Positions 32,201 through 41,483 of a stretch of DNA of 64,000 nucleotides are shown piece by piece (positions within the stretch are counted from its first letter, which is position 1; each line of letters opens with the position of its first letter). The notes beneath the pieces were generated by a model. The model worked only from the letters and a program-made list of their open reading frames with translations. It ran no database searches and was not told the DNA's origin. This DNA is from Escherichia coli (lineage in GTDB: Bacteria > Pseudomonadota > Gammaproteobacteria > Enterobacterales > Enterobacteriaceae). The DNA is taken from assembly GCF_009931435.1 (NCBI RefSeq), contig NZ_CP043414.1; one strand, written 5' to 3'. The position numbers and the translations under genes are program-made.

Positions 32201-35200
32201 TCATACCACCAATGTCCACCCCCATCTCCATGGTCGTGGAGCAGTTCAGCACATTAACTTTGCCTGACTTAAATTGTTTTTCATTAAACTGGTTCTGCTC
32301 AGGCGTTCTCTGCGCAGAGTGTTCCTCCAGACGATACCAGCTATCTTTCAGGGCCAGTCGGTCGCTGCGAGTAGACCATAATCCTTCCTCGCGGGCATGT
32401 TGAATCAGCGCATTACTTTCCAGCCACTCCAGACGTTCTTCTCGGGCGATTTCTCCACCACCAGACAAACGCCAGTGACGTACAGGAAGCTCAGGCATTT
32501 CAATCAACACTGCTTTTTCAGGTGCAATTTCTTTGCTACCCGGCAAATACGGAGAGTATCCCAGTAACGTGACGTCTAACGCACGTCGAGTATAGGGGCA
32601 ACGCCACACTTGCTTTGGACTGTAAAATTCAGCTTGTTGTTTAATATCCAGCTGATAACCCGACTCAAACTGACGTAAGCAGGGTCGAATTGCATCCCAG
32701 ACCTCAATCATTAAGTGGTTAACTAACGATTTCCAGTGAGCCTGCTCAGGTTGTATTGCCGGAAAGACTGCAATTAATAGCTTAATGACCCGGTTATAAT
32801 GGCGATCGCGTATTTGTGGCCAAAGTTGATCACGTTTCTGCCCTTTGTTTTTTTTATCTGGACCCTGCAGCATTTTTACCGGGAAACGAGCCCCCATCCA
32901 GCGAGGGTATTGCTCGTTTTCGTAAAAAACGGCACTGTTTTCACGTATAAAGAAATCAAGAGTAATCTTCAATAAATTACGCCATTCCGCTAATTGCTTA
33001 TCGGGATCGGGTAATAATGTCTTCCAGTCCTGCGGGCAGGTTGTAACTTTATCAATAAATGGATAGTGAATGGCTACCAGACCCAGACTTTCGAGGGTCC
33101 AGGCATTTTTAGGGCGGCGACCAAACTCACTGTATAAACAAAAATCTGCAAACTGTTGTTTAGTAAGATCAAGCCCAGACAATTCTTTAAAACTGCCTCT
33201 CATTCTATCGGCAAGGTCCACACTGCCAACCAGCTGTTCAGACAGTGTTTGCCATGACATGGTTTTCTTCTGCTGATTGCCAGAGTTAGCCTGGAGTATT
33301 TGCATCGCTTCAGCATGATCCGGGCTTAAGGAACTCACCATCGGCTCGATAATTTTAAGTGCCTGAATGTCCGCCGGGCTAAGCTCTTCATTAGCAACCA
33401 TCGCTTTTTTCAGCGCGTCAATAGAGTTTTTTAAAGGAAGGATAGAAAACTGGGCAATAAAACTCTCTAACAATGCGCAGTGTGCCGGGCTGAGCTTTGC
33501 TGATGGCTCATTAATATTGGCCAGCTCCTGGTAGCAAAGAGCTCGCAACGTCGCTTTATCGGCATCCTGCTGTAAGCGGGCAGAAATGCGGGCAGTGCCC
33601 TGACGTGAATCCGTAAAGGTGAGCAGACGTCGACCATTAAACGGTCCTAACTGCTCTTCTCTTGTCTGCGGTAATGGTGAAAACTCCAGCAGAGTAGGAA
33701 TAATTTCATTTAAAAAAAAGGGCGCGCCAAGTCGAAGCGGACGGAATAAAGGATTATTTTTTCGTTGGGTGTCACCACAGCAAACACAAGCAAAGGAATT
33801 ATTACGTCCCTCACCTCGAGATTCCGGTCTTAACAGGTTTATTTCATAGTGCTTTTGCGCTTCACTATCAATTTTCCCCGCCGTCGTTTCTTCCAGTGAA
33901 ATGATATATTTTTCACCATCGCTCGCAATCAGACGATCAAATTGAGAGTTATTGTCTAATTCGTCGTTGTCTTCATCTTCAGAATAAACATCTACATCAA
34001 GAGCAAACTCATCCACTTCGGCAGCGGCGGGTTGCGCTACCAACCAGTTCGTTCCATCACCGCGCATCTCCTCTTTGGCAGACAAATAAGCTGAACCACA
34101 CCCGGAGCAACGTAAAACTTCAAATACCGGCGCACCACAGTCACAATATTGGCGCTGCTCAAACCATACCTGACCAAATGGCCAGTCACTCTGATTTAAT
34201 TCATGTGCTTTATGTGAGCATTGTTTGTTTGAACATGCCCATAGACCCGCCAGTGTTCTGATAAATCCATGCATACGTAATGGCGTAAAAGCCAGTTCAC
34301 CTTCTCGCGATCTTGCCATTAGATCGAGGAGTTGCAGTAGCTCACGGTGATTAATATCTGGCCAGGTTCTTCTGGCAACATTGAGCAACTCACTCAAACG
34401 TACTGCCTGCCGTCCGGGATGAGTTAACGCCTGACGCAATTGCTGGGCCACACGGTAATGACAAAGCTGTTGGTAAAGATCCTGAGGGCTCAGAGATTTA
34501 AGAGAAGTTAAAGATGTGGGGTATTCATGACGAATCAGCGACTCCGATACCCGCGGTATTTGTCGATAACCGCGAACCACTTTGACATCACGTTCTGTAA
34601 CGCCCGCGAGATCAGCGACAAATTTAGCAAGCTCCTTATTACCTTCAGGAGAGTCTTCACCAATAGTGGCAGAGGTCGCGATAATCTGCACAGGTTTATC
34701 TGTGCCGGGTCCAACATTGAAAGCCTGCATAACACGACGTAAAAGCAGCGCTAACTCAGCAGCCTGAGAACCAATATAACTATGGGCTTCATCCAGGACG
34801 ATATACTTTAACATCCCCTGAGACTTTTCGATGATTGGGGCATCTTTACGACGAATCAGCATATATTCCAGCATGGTGGTATTCGTCACCATGATGGAAG
34901 GTGGTGCTTCGTAAATGGCTTCCCGACTCAAAGCTTGTTCAGGTACTTTCAACTGATCTTCCTGAATTTCGTATTTGGTATGCCGGGTTTCGCCATTATA
35001 TAGCGCGAAGCGTATTTTCCCCTTAAATCCGCGCGTCCATTCGCGAAGCCGCTCCTGTTGACTGTTAATTAATGCATTTAACGGATACAAGAAAATAGCT
35101 TGTGTCCCTGTTAGTGACTGGCGGGTCGATTTTTGCTGACGAATAAGATCTTCCAGAACCGGTACCATAAAGCATTCTGTTTTCCCGGATCCCGTACCGC

Positions 35201-35552
35201 TGCTCACTAACAAGGATTTTTTGTCTTCCAGAATTGTTCGCCACGCAGTGAGTTGATGACGAAATGGCACTGGCGCTTTGCTCAATGCATCAACCAGCGG
35301 GCTGGAGATCAGCTTGTCCCGCAAATCCTCCATTGTTTCATCCGCAGGCATCCAGCCGAATGTACTTTCGAATACCGGGTCTGCAAGCAGTGACCCCTCC
35401 TGACCGGGAGGCTGAAAATATTGTGATTCCAGATAATGAGTCAACGACTTGCTCCGCAATGCCAACTGACTTACCACCGACCTCACCGCACGCTGATGAA
35501 GCTGATTTAGAAGTGGCGCATAATGCAGTTGCTGAACGTCCATCAATGACAT
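29229..35552 (-). CDS. druE: Giant 2107-aa DEAH helicase/DUF1998 protein, DruE-like (Druantia signature protein)
   Basis: SGTGSGKTECFMVPVL (I), VLDEAHSYIGSQ (II), ATSATI (III), QRAGRAGRRGES (VI), then Cys/His clusters CLSCGRAE...CHGHVHKD and DCSCDKFCHHCLLSY (DUF1998-like). Same architecture as the 2113-aa protein. Start overlaps the stop of the upstream 1119-aa gene by 10 bp. Confidence 0.6.
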   Translation of the reverse strand: MSLMDVQQLHYAPLLNQLHQRAVRSVVSQLALRSKSLTHYLESQYFQPPGQEGSLLADPVFESTFGWMPADETMEDLRDKLISSPLVDALSKAPVPFRHQLTAWRTILEDKKSLLVSSGTGSGKTECFMVPVLEDLIRQQKSTRQSLTGTQAIFLYPLNALINSQQERLREWTRGFKGKIRFALYNGETRHTKYEIQEDQLKVPEQALSREAIYEAPPSIMVTNTTMLEYMLIRRKDAPIIEKSQGMLKYIVLDEAHSYIGSQAAELALLLRRVMQAFNVGPGTDKPVQIIATSATIGEDSPEGNKELAKFVADLAGVTERDVKVVRGYRQIPRVSESLIRHEYPTSLTSLKSLSPQDLYQQLCHYRVAQQLRQALTHPGRQAVRLSELLNVARRTWPDINHRELLQLLDLMARSREGELAFTPLRMHGFIRTLAGLWACSNKQCSHKAHELNQSDWPFGQVWFEQRQYCDCGAPVFEVLRCSGCGSAYLSAKEEMRGDGTNWLVAQPAAAEVDEFALDVDVYSEDEDNDELDNNSQFDRLIASDGEKYIISLEETTAGKIDSEAQKHYEINLLRPESRGEGRNNSFACVCCGDTQRKNNPLFRPLRLGAPFFLNEIIPTLLEFSPLPQTREEQLGPFNGRRLLTFTDSRQGTARISARLQQDADKATLRALCYQELANINEPSAKLSPAHCALLESFIAQFSILPLKNSIDALKKAMVANEELSPADIQALKIIEPMVSSLSPDHAEAMQILQANSGNQQKKTMSWQTLSEQLVGSVDLADRMRGSFKELSGLDLTKQQFADFCLYSEFGRRPKNAWTLESLGLVAIHYPFIDKVTTCPQDWKTLLPDPDKQLAEWRNLLKITLDFFIRENSAVFYENEQYPRWMGARFPVKMLQGPDKKNKGQKRDQLWPQIRDRHYNRVIKLLIAVFPAIQPEQAHWKSLVNHLMIEVWDAIRPCLRQFESGYQLDIKQQAEFYSPKQVWRCPYTRRALDVTLLGYSPYLPGSKEIAPEKAVLIEMPELPVRHWRLSGGGEIAREERLEWLESNALIQHAREEGLWSTRSDRLALKDSWYRLEEHSAQRTPEQNQFNEKQFKSGKVNVLNCSTTMEMGVDIGGMSLVAMNNVPPAPANYLQRAGRAGRRGESASAAITLCKNTAHGMEVFKDPLWAFNTTASAPRVRFGSSSIVQRHVNALVLGLFLRAEVPDATKLSCKWFFEGDESQCLRFLHWLNNQADQLADKLKRLTQGTVLMSLTATQLLTRTQAMMQQVDIRWRSQLAILLENIEALKADNSAWEETPAGKAIAYQLRDYRGAYLFSKLISEAFLPGHGFPVGVVNFNYLTADELEKRRAIKATQADPNEGGESFSRRIEKLPSRDLPTALREYAPGADVVLGGKVYRSSGIMLGKVLASGQELSGDHHIPWFWHCRKCGAGATSATHPVECSHCKADIQQLDVKRYLQPVGFATDIRYQAHNDVSMPAQLPWKDPRVLVPSSVWVSLPDAGLGRYRFSHSGELFHFSEGEFGHGYAICLSCGRAESQTQPQRTPENLKNPERENTHYLLRGGSNDRQGSNKLCHGHVHKDLWLGYSSRTDMVELQLNDDNGLLIRDEVAARSLAVALREGLAHKLGIENTELGVTTQQARDINGYTGYSIFIYDNNAGGAGYAVQLIDHWADVFNYARKLLDCSCDKFCHHCLLSYDSQHYVNRLDRHHALTLLTNVRLQRLNLAPEYQYFGDGSRVETNPLSLRIAQCLNSEIYDSCSLVLAGPQEQWDFAQWPLFKELLQFASSGGHVELLVATPLANLTDSSRHQLSALAAMPGGRLQVKSIATAQLMQGKGRWLAQVTREGQSQQWAADDSATVAPGELWGQSASSPVVTLKGTSGKTFSGQTLSAEDLLPALPTGAVRINLCEQLDGPLEGFGSRFWSLVTQQHAGWKQAFTRHKEITHVEYSDRYLNSPFTARLLGEILTELVEQGMAERASLTVCVKKLDYNSRQHDALYNAWLNEEDRQQVVTTLLEEGYLGPAWPGAISWLTGDNQSTEHGRELTVTFSDGSQHYVLLDMGLSYWRCIEDTFFDFALRVPQQVERLANTRARAVAPGNDLRSYVIAG

Positions 35553-38500
35553 ACTCCTGCTTGTTCAAAATAATATTGATAGATTACCCCTAATTGCTGT
35601 GGGGCTTGCTGATAGTGAAATTCAAAAAGCGCAGACAGTTGATGTATCAGGTTATTATCTTTTTGGGTTAACAGCGCTGCGACTAACATCAAATTAAAAC
35701 GTTTTTCAAGCCGTGAGTGATATTTATCTTCAATCCAAAGCTTATTAAAAACAGATTTTAACTCTGGAGTAATAGCACTAGACCAAAGTTCTTTAGGGAA
35801 GATACTGATACGCCCAAAGCTGTCGGGGTTCCTTAATAGCATCTGTTTAGCTTCATTAAACTGCTCACGACTAACAGTTGGCAATACATCACAACCGGTT
35901 GGTAGGCTCTCACTATATGTAAGTAACATATTCGCAATGGGAGCCAGCCGACGATCGATATGTGCACGATGGTTCATAAAAGCAATAAAGGGTTGCAATA
36001 TATGTAATGCTAATGTTTTATCGTTAATCTGTTTTTCCAGATAAGTCCAACATTTTTGGAAAACATCTTTCCAGATTGAAACGGGAATCCATCCCCATGA
36101 AAAGGGTAATTCTTCCTGTATATCATAAATCGTATCGCTATCACCAGAAAGACATGATGATATTAACAATTGAACAACCACGCGGTAATTACTCGAAATA
36201 CCTCTGAACAAGTCCAGATCCAGCAAGGATAAGCCATTATTCATTTTGTACTTCTTAATATACTCTGTTAATAAACAGCAATAATTTTGCAATGGGTTGT
36301 TATCTATTTCAAAAATTAGCTCATTAAAATTTTTTTTGCGCTGTTCTGGGTCTGCTTCGCATAGAGCATTTAGTAATAAATCATTTGTCTGCAATACAGG
36401 TAGCATCCATTTAATTACTGGTGCAATGCGAGCTGTACCATCAAGTTTTCCCACAATTAACCATGGACTATCCTGAACATTCAGAGCTGAAAGATCATAA
36501 GCAAATTCATCTTTTTTTAGCAATGATTTGTGTAAGCCAGGATCCTTAAGAGAAATAGCATCAACAACCAGTTCGTCTATTCTATTTGCAGGAAAAACAA
36601 CAGAATTTTTTATATCAACCAGCAACCCTTGATCGTGTTCAATAAAACTACCATCGTAGCGTTTAATATTGAGTGTTGCTTTATCCTTTCCAAATCTGTC
36701 AGAGTAAAAATCAACACATAATGTACTATTGCTGTTCCATGCACATGCCAGCATAGCATTTAGCAAATTATAGTTCTCATAAAGTGAAATTTGTTGTAAT
36801 TTGTCATTGCGTCCTGATAAAAGAGGAAGGTCGGCATGTAAATAACGGAATTTTTCAGCTACTGGATTTTCATCCAATAACTCGATATTAAGATATCCTC
36901 TTCCAGCACATGATATGGTTAATAACTCAGCATCTATTCCATGCAAATGTGCTATAGATGCCACACCATCAAAATGAACAGAACCATCATTAGTTACAAA
37001 TCGGCCACCGCTAACCGGCTTAGGTAATAATAGTTTAAGATTAGAACCATCTTTCCAGGAGACCCGTAAATCAACGGTATTTTCCAGCATCTGCGATGAA
37101 TTATAATAAATAGCACACTCGTTTTGTGAATAATCGGACTTAAGTGTTACTTTTTCATTGTTTGAATATTTATCAATTCTAGTATCCGTTATACCAGAAA
37201 GCATAATAATGCCTTGCTGAGCACTCTCAGGTATAATATTAATATCGAAGTCTGCTGGTAAAACTACAACTTTACCGCTAAATAAAACCTCATCATTAAC
37301 TATTCGCCGGACTTCTATCTGTCCTTTTGGCATTTCTGATGCGACAGAATACCAGGCATTGTTACCTGAACGAATGGAACGCCAAAAAAGTTCTTTCTCC
37401 GGTACAATGCCATATTGCAGATCCTTTTTCCAACCGATCTTCGGCCAGGCTCGATGGACAGGATAATCCGATTTAACCAGTTCAACTTCTGTCGATTTAA
37501 TATAATATTCAATCGCAGAATCATAAAGTTGCTGGGTGCGAATTGTACAAACAGCACCATCATGTAAAACAACGCTAAATACTCCACTTATTTTAGTTAA
37601 GCTGCGTTCACTGTTTTTCAGCAACCTTGGGATATCAAACTCACCTTCTCCACTAATATCTAAATGGCTATTTTTCGGTAGCGAAATAAACAGAGCATTT
37701 AGCCTGGAACTCACAGACCCCATACCGACAAGTTTTAGCTGCGATTCACTCTCATTCATCGCTTCAAAAACCCAGGGGAGTTCTTCAGTAAGTTCATAAC
37801 CGCCTTTTGGAATTGTGTGGCCTAACAGAATTGGACCTTCATGAAGCGACAACGAGATTTCGGCCATTGCATCTGCACCAGAGAGCTTTTGCATCGCAAT
37901 AGGTAATAACTCGACCCGCCAATCTTGCTGCTCATAACGGCTTAGCATTGCCAACCTTGCCCCGCCATTTCTCCATTTTCCTGAAATGATGAGTCGGGTC
38001 TGCTCCGGCTGAATATGGCATTCAAACAAAGAGGTTAACTGTTCTGTACGCATTGTGGCCGGGAATCGGAACCGGGCATCACAATACCAACTGTCATCAA
38101 CATCGACCCAGATTCTTTCAACCTGAAGACTACTTGCACTGCGTATTTCAGAAGATTGAGAAAGTAATCGCCTTACAATCTCTGCAGCATTCGCTTCGGG
38201 GAGAACGAGTGGAAGTTGAAGATGCCAGTCTGGAGAGAGCTTACGTAATGCAGAAACGGGATCACTGCTTTGAGGTGGATGCTCACTAAGTAATCGGCAG
38301 AGAGTCTCGCAGAATTCACCGGCTATTTCATAGACCAGTTCGTTTTGCATTGTGACAGGAATCGTATCGCCTAATTCTTGTGCAATTTTAGCGGCAGGAT
38401 ATTGAGATGCTTGCCCACGAAGCGCCTGATATATCCTTCTGAAATAGGTAATCAAATAACCGCTCTCATTTTCAATCATGCGGATAGGTAAACCACCTTC

Positions 38501-38902
38501 ACAAGCCAGTGTATGCAGATAACCCGAAGCTTGCCCCAGGTTTCTTATCTTTCTTTTCCAGTAGCGAATGCCATCATTAACCAGCTTCTGTCGATGAACA
38601 TACGGAACTTTCCAGTCAATAGAATCTAAAATTGTGTCCCATTTAGGGTGTCCGACCGTATGAGTCCGGCGGATAAACTCTGCGGCATATATGCTAAATA
38701 GAACATCGCTATAGGAAATGAATATCGTTCTTGGATAACTACGAGGGGCATATGTACGCAGTAGTTCTGCCAAACTTTCGTACTCTGTATCAGTACAACG
38801 GTAAGCATATAACGCCCGTCCATCAGCTCCGGATAATGAACGGCGACTAAAAAACATGTTAAGCCATTGCAAAAGTGGGTTAACTGGAGTTTTCACAAGC
38901 AA
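35543..38902 (-). CDS. druH: 1119-aa protein of unknown function, DruH-like partner of DruE
   Basis: Large low-GC ORF with no recognisable catalytic motif, translationally coupled to the DruE-like gene. The pairing and size agree with the two-gene Druantia type III layout as I recall it; assignment is by context only. Confidence 0.5.
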   Translation of the reverse strand: MLVKTPVNPLLQWLNMFFSRRSLSGADGRALYAYRCTDTEYESLAELLRTYAPRSYPRTIFISYSDVLFSIYAAEFIRRTHTVGHPKWDTILDSIDWKVPYVHRQKLVNDGIRYWKRKIRNLGQASGYLHTLACEGGLPIRMIENESGYLITYFRRIYQALRGQASQYPAAKIAQELGDTIPVTMQNELVYEIAGEFCETLCRLLSEHPPQSSDPVSALRKLSPDWHLQLPLVLPEANAAEIVRRLLSQSSEIRSASSLQVERIWVDVDDSWYCDARFRFPATMRTEQLTSLFECHIQPEQTRLIISGKWRNGGARLAMLSRYEQQDWRVELLPIAMQKLSGADAMAEISLSLHEGPILLGHTIPKGGYELTEELPWVFEAMNESESQLKLVGMGSVSSRLNALFISLPKNSHLDISGEGEFDIPRLLKNSERSLTKISGVFSVVLHDGAVCTIRTQQLYDSAIEYYIKSTEVELVKSDYPVHRAWPKIGWKKDLQYGIVPEKELFWRSIRSGNNAWYSVASEMPKGQIEVRRIVNDEVLFSGKVVVLPADFDINIIPESAQQGIIMLSGITDTRIDKYSNNEKVTLKSDYSQNECAIYYNSSQMLENTVDLRVSWKDGSNLKLLLPKPVSGGRFVTNDGSVHFDGVASIAHLHGIDAELLTISCAGRGYLNIELLDENPVAEKFRYLHADLPLLSGRNDKLQQISLYENYNLLNAMLACAWNSNSTLCVDFYSDRFGKDKATLNIKRYDGSFIEHDQGLLVDIKNSVVFPANRIDELVVDAISLKDPGLHKSLLKKDEFAYDLSALNVQDSPWLIVGKLDGTARIAPVIKWMLPVLQTNDLLLNALCEADPEQRKKNFNELIFEIDNNPLQNYCCLLTEYIKKYKMNNGLSLLDLDLFRGISSNYRVVVQLLISSCLSGDSDTIYDIQEELPFSWGWIPVSIWKDVFQKCWTYLEKQINDKTLALHILQPFIAFMNHRAHIDRRLAPIANMLLTYSESLPTGCDVLPTVSREQFNEAKQMLLRNPDSFGRISIFPKELWSSAITPELKSVFNKLWIEDKYHSRLEKRFNLMLVAALLTQKDNNLIHQLSALFEFHYQQAPQQLGVIYQYYFEQAGVCH

Positions 38903-39113
38903 CCTGCCTTCCTTTGATACAATTCGTAACAGGTTACTATCATCATAAAAAAGCTCAACCCGATGAACTCGCTAAAAATGAGACAAATCATTTATATCTC
39001 GAAAAAACTTGTTACAATCATGAGCGCTACACCGAACTTAACCATATAAATTATGTGCGTTTTGTTTATTTTTTAAACAATTACAACTATCCATTATTTA
39101 CACAGGTATCAAA

Positions 39114-40766
39114 ATGTTAGCGCAGCTTTTTGAGCAGTTGTTTCAATCGATAGACTCTACACTGATCACCAATATTTTCATCTGGGCTGTTATATTCGTA
39201 TTTTTATCAGCGTGGTGGTGTGACAAAAAAAATATACATAGTAAGTTTAGAGAATATGCTCCAACCTTAATGGGGGCATTAGGTATTCTGGGTACTTTCA
39301 TTGGTATTATTATTGGGTTACTCAATTTTAATACTGAAAGTATTGATACCAGCATCCCCGTATTATTAGGCGGCCTAAAAACAGCATTCATTACAAGCAT
39401 TGTAGGTATGTTTTTTGCCATTTTATTTAATGGAATGGATGCTTTCTTTTTTGCCAATAAACGAAGTGCGTTAGCAGAAAATAACCCTGAATCTGTTACA
39501 CCTGAACATATCTATCATGAATTAAAAGAGCAGAACCAGACTCTGACTAAATTAGTCTTGGGTATTAACGGTGATAGTGAAGGTTCTCTTATTGCTCAAA
39601 TAAAATTACTACGTACTGAGATTAGCGATTCCTCGCAGGCACAATTAGCTAATCACACTCATTTCAGTAATAAGCTTTGGGAACAACTTGAACAATTTGC
39701 AGATCTAATGGCAAAAGGTGCTACAGAACAAATTATTGATGCTTTACGACAAGTCATTATTGATTTTAATGAAAATTTAACTGAACAGTTTGGTGAAAAC
39801 TTTAAAGCACTTGATGCCTCTGTAAAAAAACTTGTTGAGTGGCAGGAAAATTATAAAACGCAAGTTGAGCTGATGTCAGAACAATATCAACAAAGTGTCG
39901 AGTCTCTGGTTGAAACAAAAACTGCGGTTGCCGGGATTTGGGAAGAATGTAAAGAAATTCCTCTGGCTATGTCTGAACTGCGTGAAGTGCTTCAGGTGAA
40001 CCAACATCAAATCAGCGAACTCTCCCGCCATTTAGAAACCTTTGTCGCTATCCGCGATAAAGCTACAACCGTATTACCTGAAATACAGAACAAAATGGCT
40101 GAAGTGGGTGAACTGCTGAAATCCGGAGCTGCAAATGTTAGTGCATCTCTTGAGCAAACCAGCCAGCAAATACTTCTTAATGCAGATTCAATGCGCGTGG
40201 CCCTGGATGAAGGTACCGAAGGATTCAGACAATCGGTTACCCAAACACAACAAGCATTTGCCTCGATGGCACATGATGTCAGCAATTCCTCCGAAACTCT
40301 AACCAGCACGTTAGGTGAAACAATTACTGAAATGAAACAAAGTGGTGAAGAATTCCTGAAGTCACTAGAGTCGCACTCGAAAGAATTGCATAGAAATATG
40401 GAACAAAATACGACTAATGTAATTGATATGTTCAGTAAGACTGGTGAAAAGATTAACCATCAACTATCCAGTAATGCCGATAATATGTTTGATTCAATCC
40501 AGACATCATTTGATAAGGCAAGTGCAGGGCTGACTTCTCAAGTCAGAGAATCAATTGAAAAATTTGCTCTATCCATCAACGAGCAGTTACATGCTTTTGA
40601 GCAAGCAACTGAACGTGAGATGAACCGTGAAATGCAATCATTAGGTAATGCTCTGCTTTCAATCAGCAAAGGTTTTGTCGGTAACTATGAAAAACTTATT
40701 AAAGATTACCAAATAATTATGGGACAGTTACAAGCATTAATTTCTGCTAATAAACATCGAGGGTAA
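39114..40766 (+). CDS. zorA: ZorA-like MotA/ExbB/TolQ-family membrane protein with a long coiled-coil tail (Zorya)
   Basis: N-terminal hydrophobic helices (IFIWAVIFVFLSAWW; MGALGILGTFIGIIIGLL; FITSIVGMFFAILFNG) followed by about 400 aa of polar, heptad-like low-complexity sequence. Immediately followed by a MotB/OmpA-like gene and an HNH gene. Confidence 0.65.
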   Translation: MLAQLFEQLFQSIDSTLITNIFIWAVIFVFLSAWWCDKKNIHSKFREYAPTLMGALGILGTFIGIIIGLLNFNTESIDTSIPVLLGGLKTAFITSIVGMFFAILFNGMDAFFFANKRSALAENNPESVTPEHIYHELKEQNQTLTKLVLGINGDSEGSLIAQIKLLRTEISDSSQAQLANHTHFSNKLWEQLEQFADLMAKGATEQIIDALRQVIIDFNENLTEQFGENFKALDASVKKLVEWQENYKTQVELMSEQYQQSVESLVETKTAVAGIWEECKEIPLAMSELREVLQVNQHQISELSRHLETFVAIRDKATTVLPEIQNKMAEVGELLKSGAANVSASLEQTSQQILLNADSMRVALDEGTEGFRQSVTQTQQAFASMAHDVSNSSETLTSTLGETITEMKQSGEEFLKSLESHSKELHRNMEQNTTNVIDMFSKTGEKINHQLSSNADNMFDSIQTSFDKASAGLTSQVRESIEKFALSINEQLHAFEQATEREMNREMQSLGNALLSISKGFVGNYEKLIKDYQIIMGQLQALISANKHRG

Positions 40767-40772
40767 TCGATC

Positions 40773-41480
40773 ATGGATAAGATTATAGGGAAACAATTAC
40801 CTAAAAAAGATCAAGATAATGAACACTGGGTATCCATGTCAGACCTAATGGCAGGGCTGATGATGGTTTTTATGTTCATATCTATTGCTTATATGCACTA
40901 CGTACGTATTGAAAAAGAAAAAATTAAAGAAGTTGCCGTAGCCTACGAGAATGCTCAGTTACAGCTTTATAATGCTCTGGATATTGAGTTTGCAAAGGAT
41001 TTACAAGACTGGGATGCAGAGATCGATAAACAGACTCTGGAGGTTCGATTTAAATCACCGGATGTTTTATTTGGCTTAGGAAGCACAGAGCTAAAACCAA
41101 AGTTTAAACTCATTCTTGACGACTTCTTTCCTCGCTACCTAAAAGTTCTAGATAATTATCAGGACCATATTACTGAAGTCCGCATTGAAGGTCACACAAG
41201 TACTGACTGGACAGGAACAACGAATCCTGATATTGCTTATTTTAATAATATGGCACTATCACAAGGTCGTACACGTGCAGTATTACAATACGTTTATGAC
41301 ATAAAAAATATCGCGACACACCAACAATGGGTTAAAAGTAAATTTGCCGCAGTAGGTTATTCATCTGCACATCCCATTCTTGATAAAACCGGCAAGGAGG
41401 ATCCTAATCGCTCTCGTCGTGTCACCTTCAAAGTTGTAACAAATGCCGAATTGCAGATTAGAAAGATTATTCAGGAGTAA
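40773..41480 (+). CDS. zorB: ZorB-like MotB/OmpA-family peptidoglycan-binding protein (Zorya)
   Basis: Single N-terminal transmembrane helix carrying an Asp (SMSDLMAGLMMVFMFISIAY), with a C-terminal OmpA-like motif (NMALSQGRTRAVLQYV...SRRVTF). Separated from zorA by 6 bp. Confidence 0.65.
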   Translation: MDKIIGKQLPKKDQDNEHWVSMSDLMAGLMMVFMFISIAYMHYVRIEKEKIKEVAVAYENAQLQLYNALDIEFAKDLQDWDAEIDKQTLEVRFKSPDVLFGLGSTELKPKFKLILDDFFPRYLKVLDNYQDHITEVRIEGHTSTDWTGTTNPDIAYFNNMALSQGRTRAVLQYVYDIKNIATHQQWVKSKFAAVGYSSAHPILDKTGKEDPNRSRRVTFKVVTNAELQIRKIIQE

Positions 41481-41483
41481 GAG

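Noticed and set aside
39143-40309. Minus-strand ORFs of about 100 aa inside zorA
   Set aside because: Antisense to the ZorA-like gene; no support.
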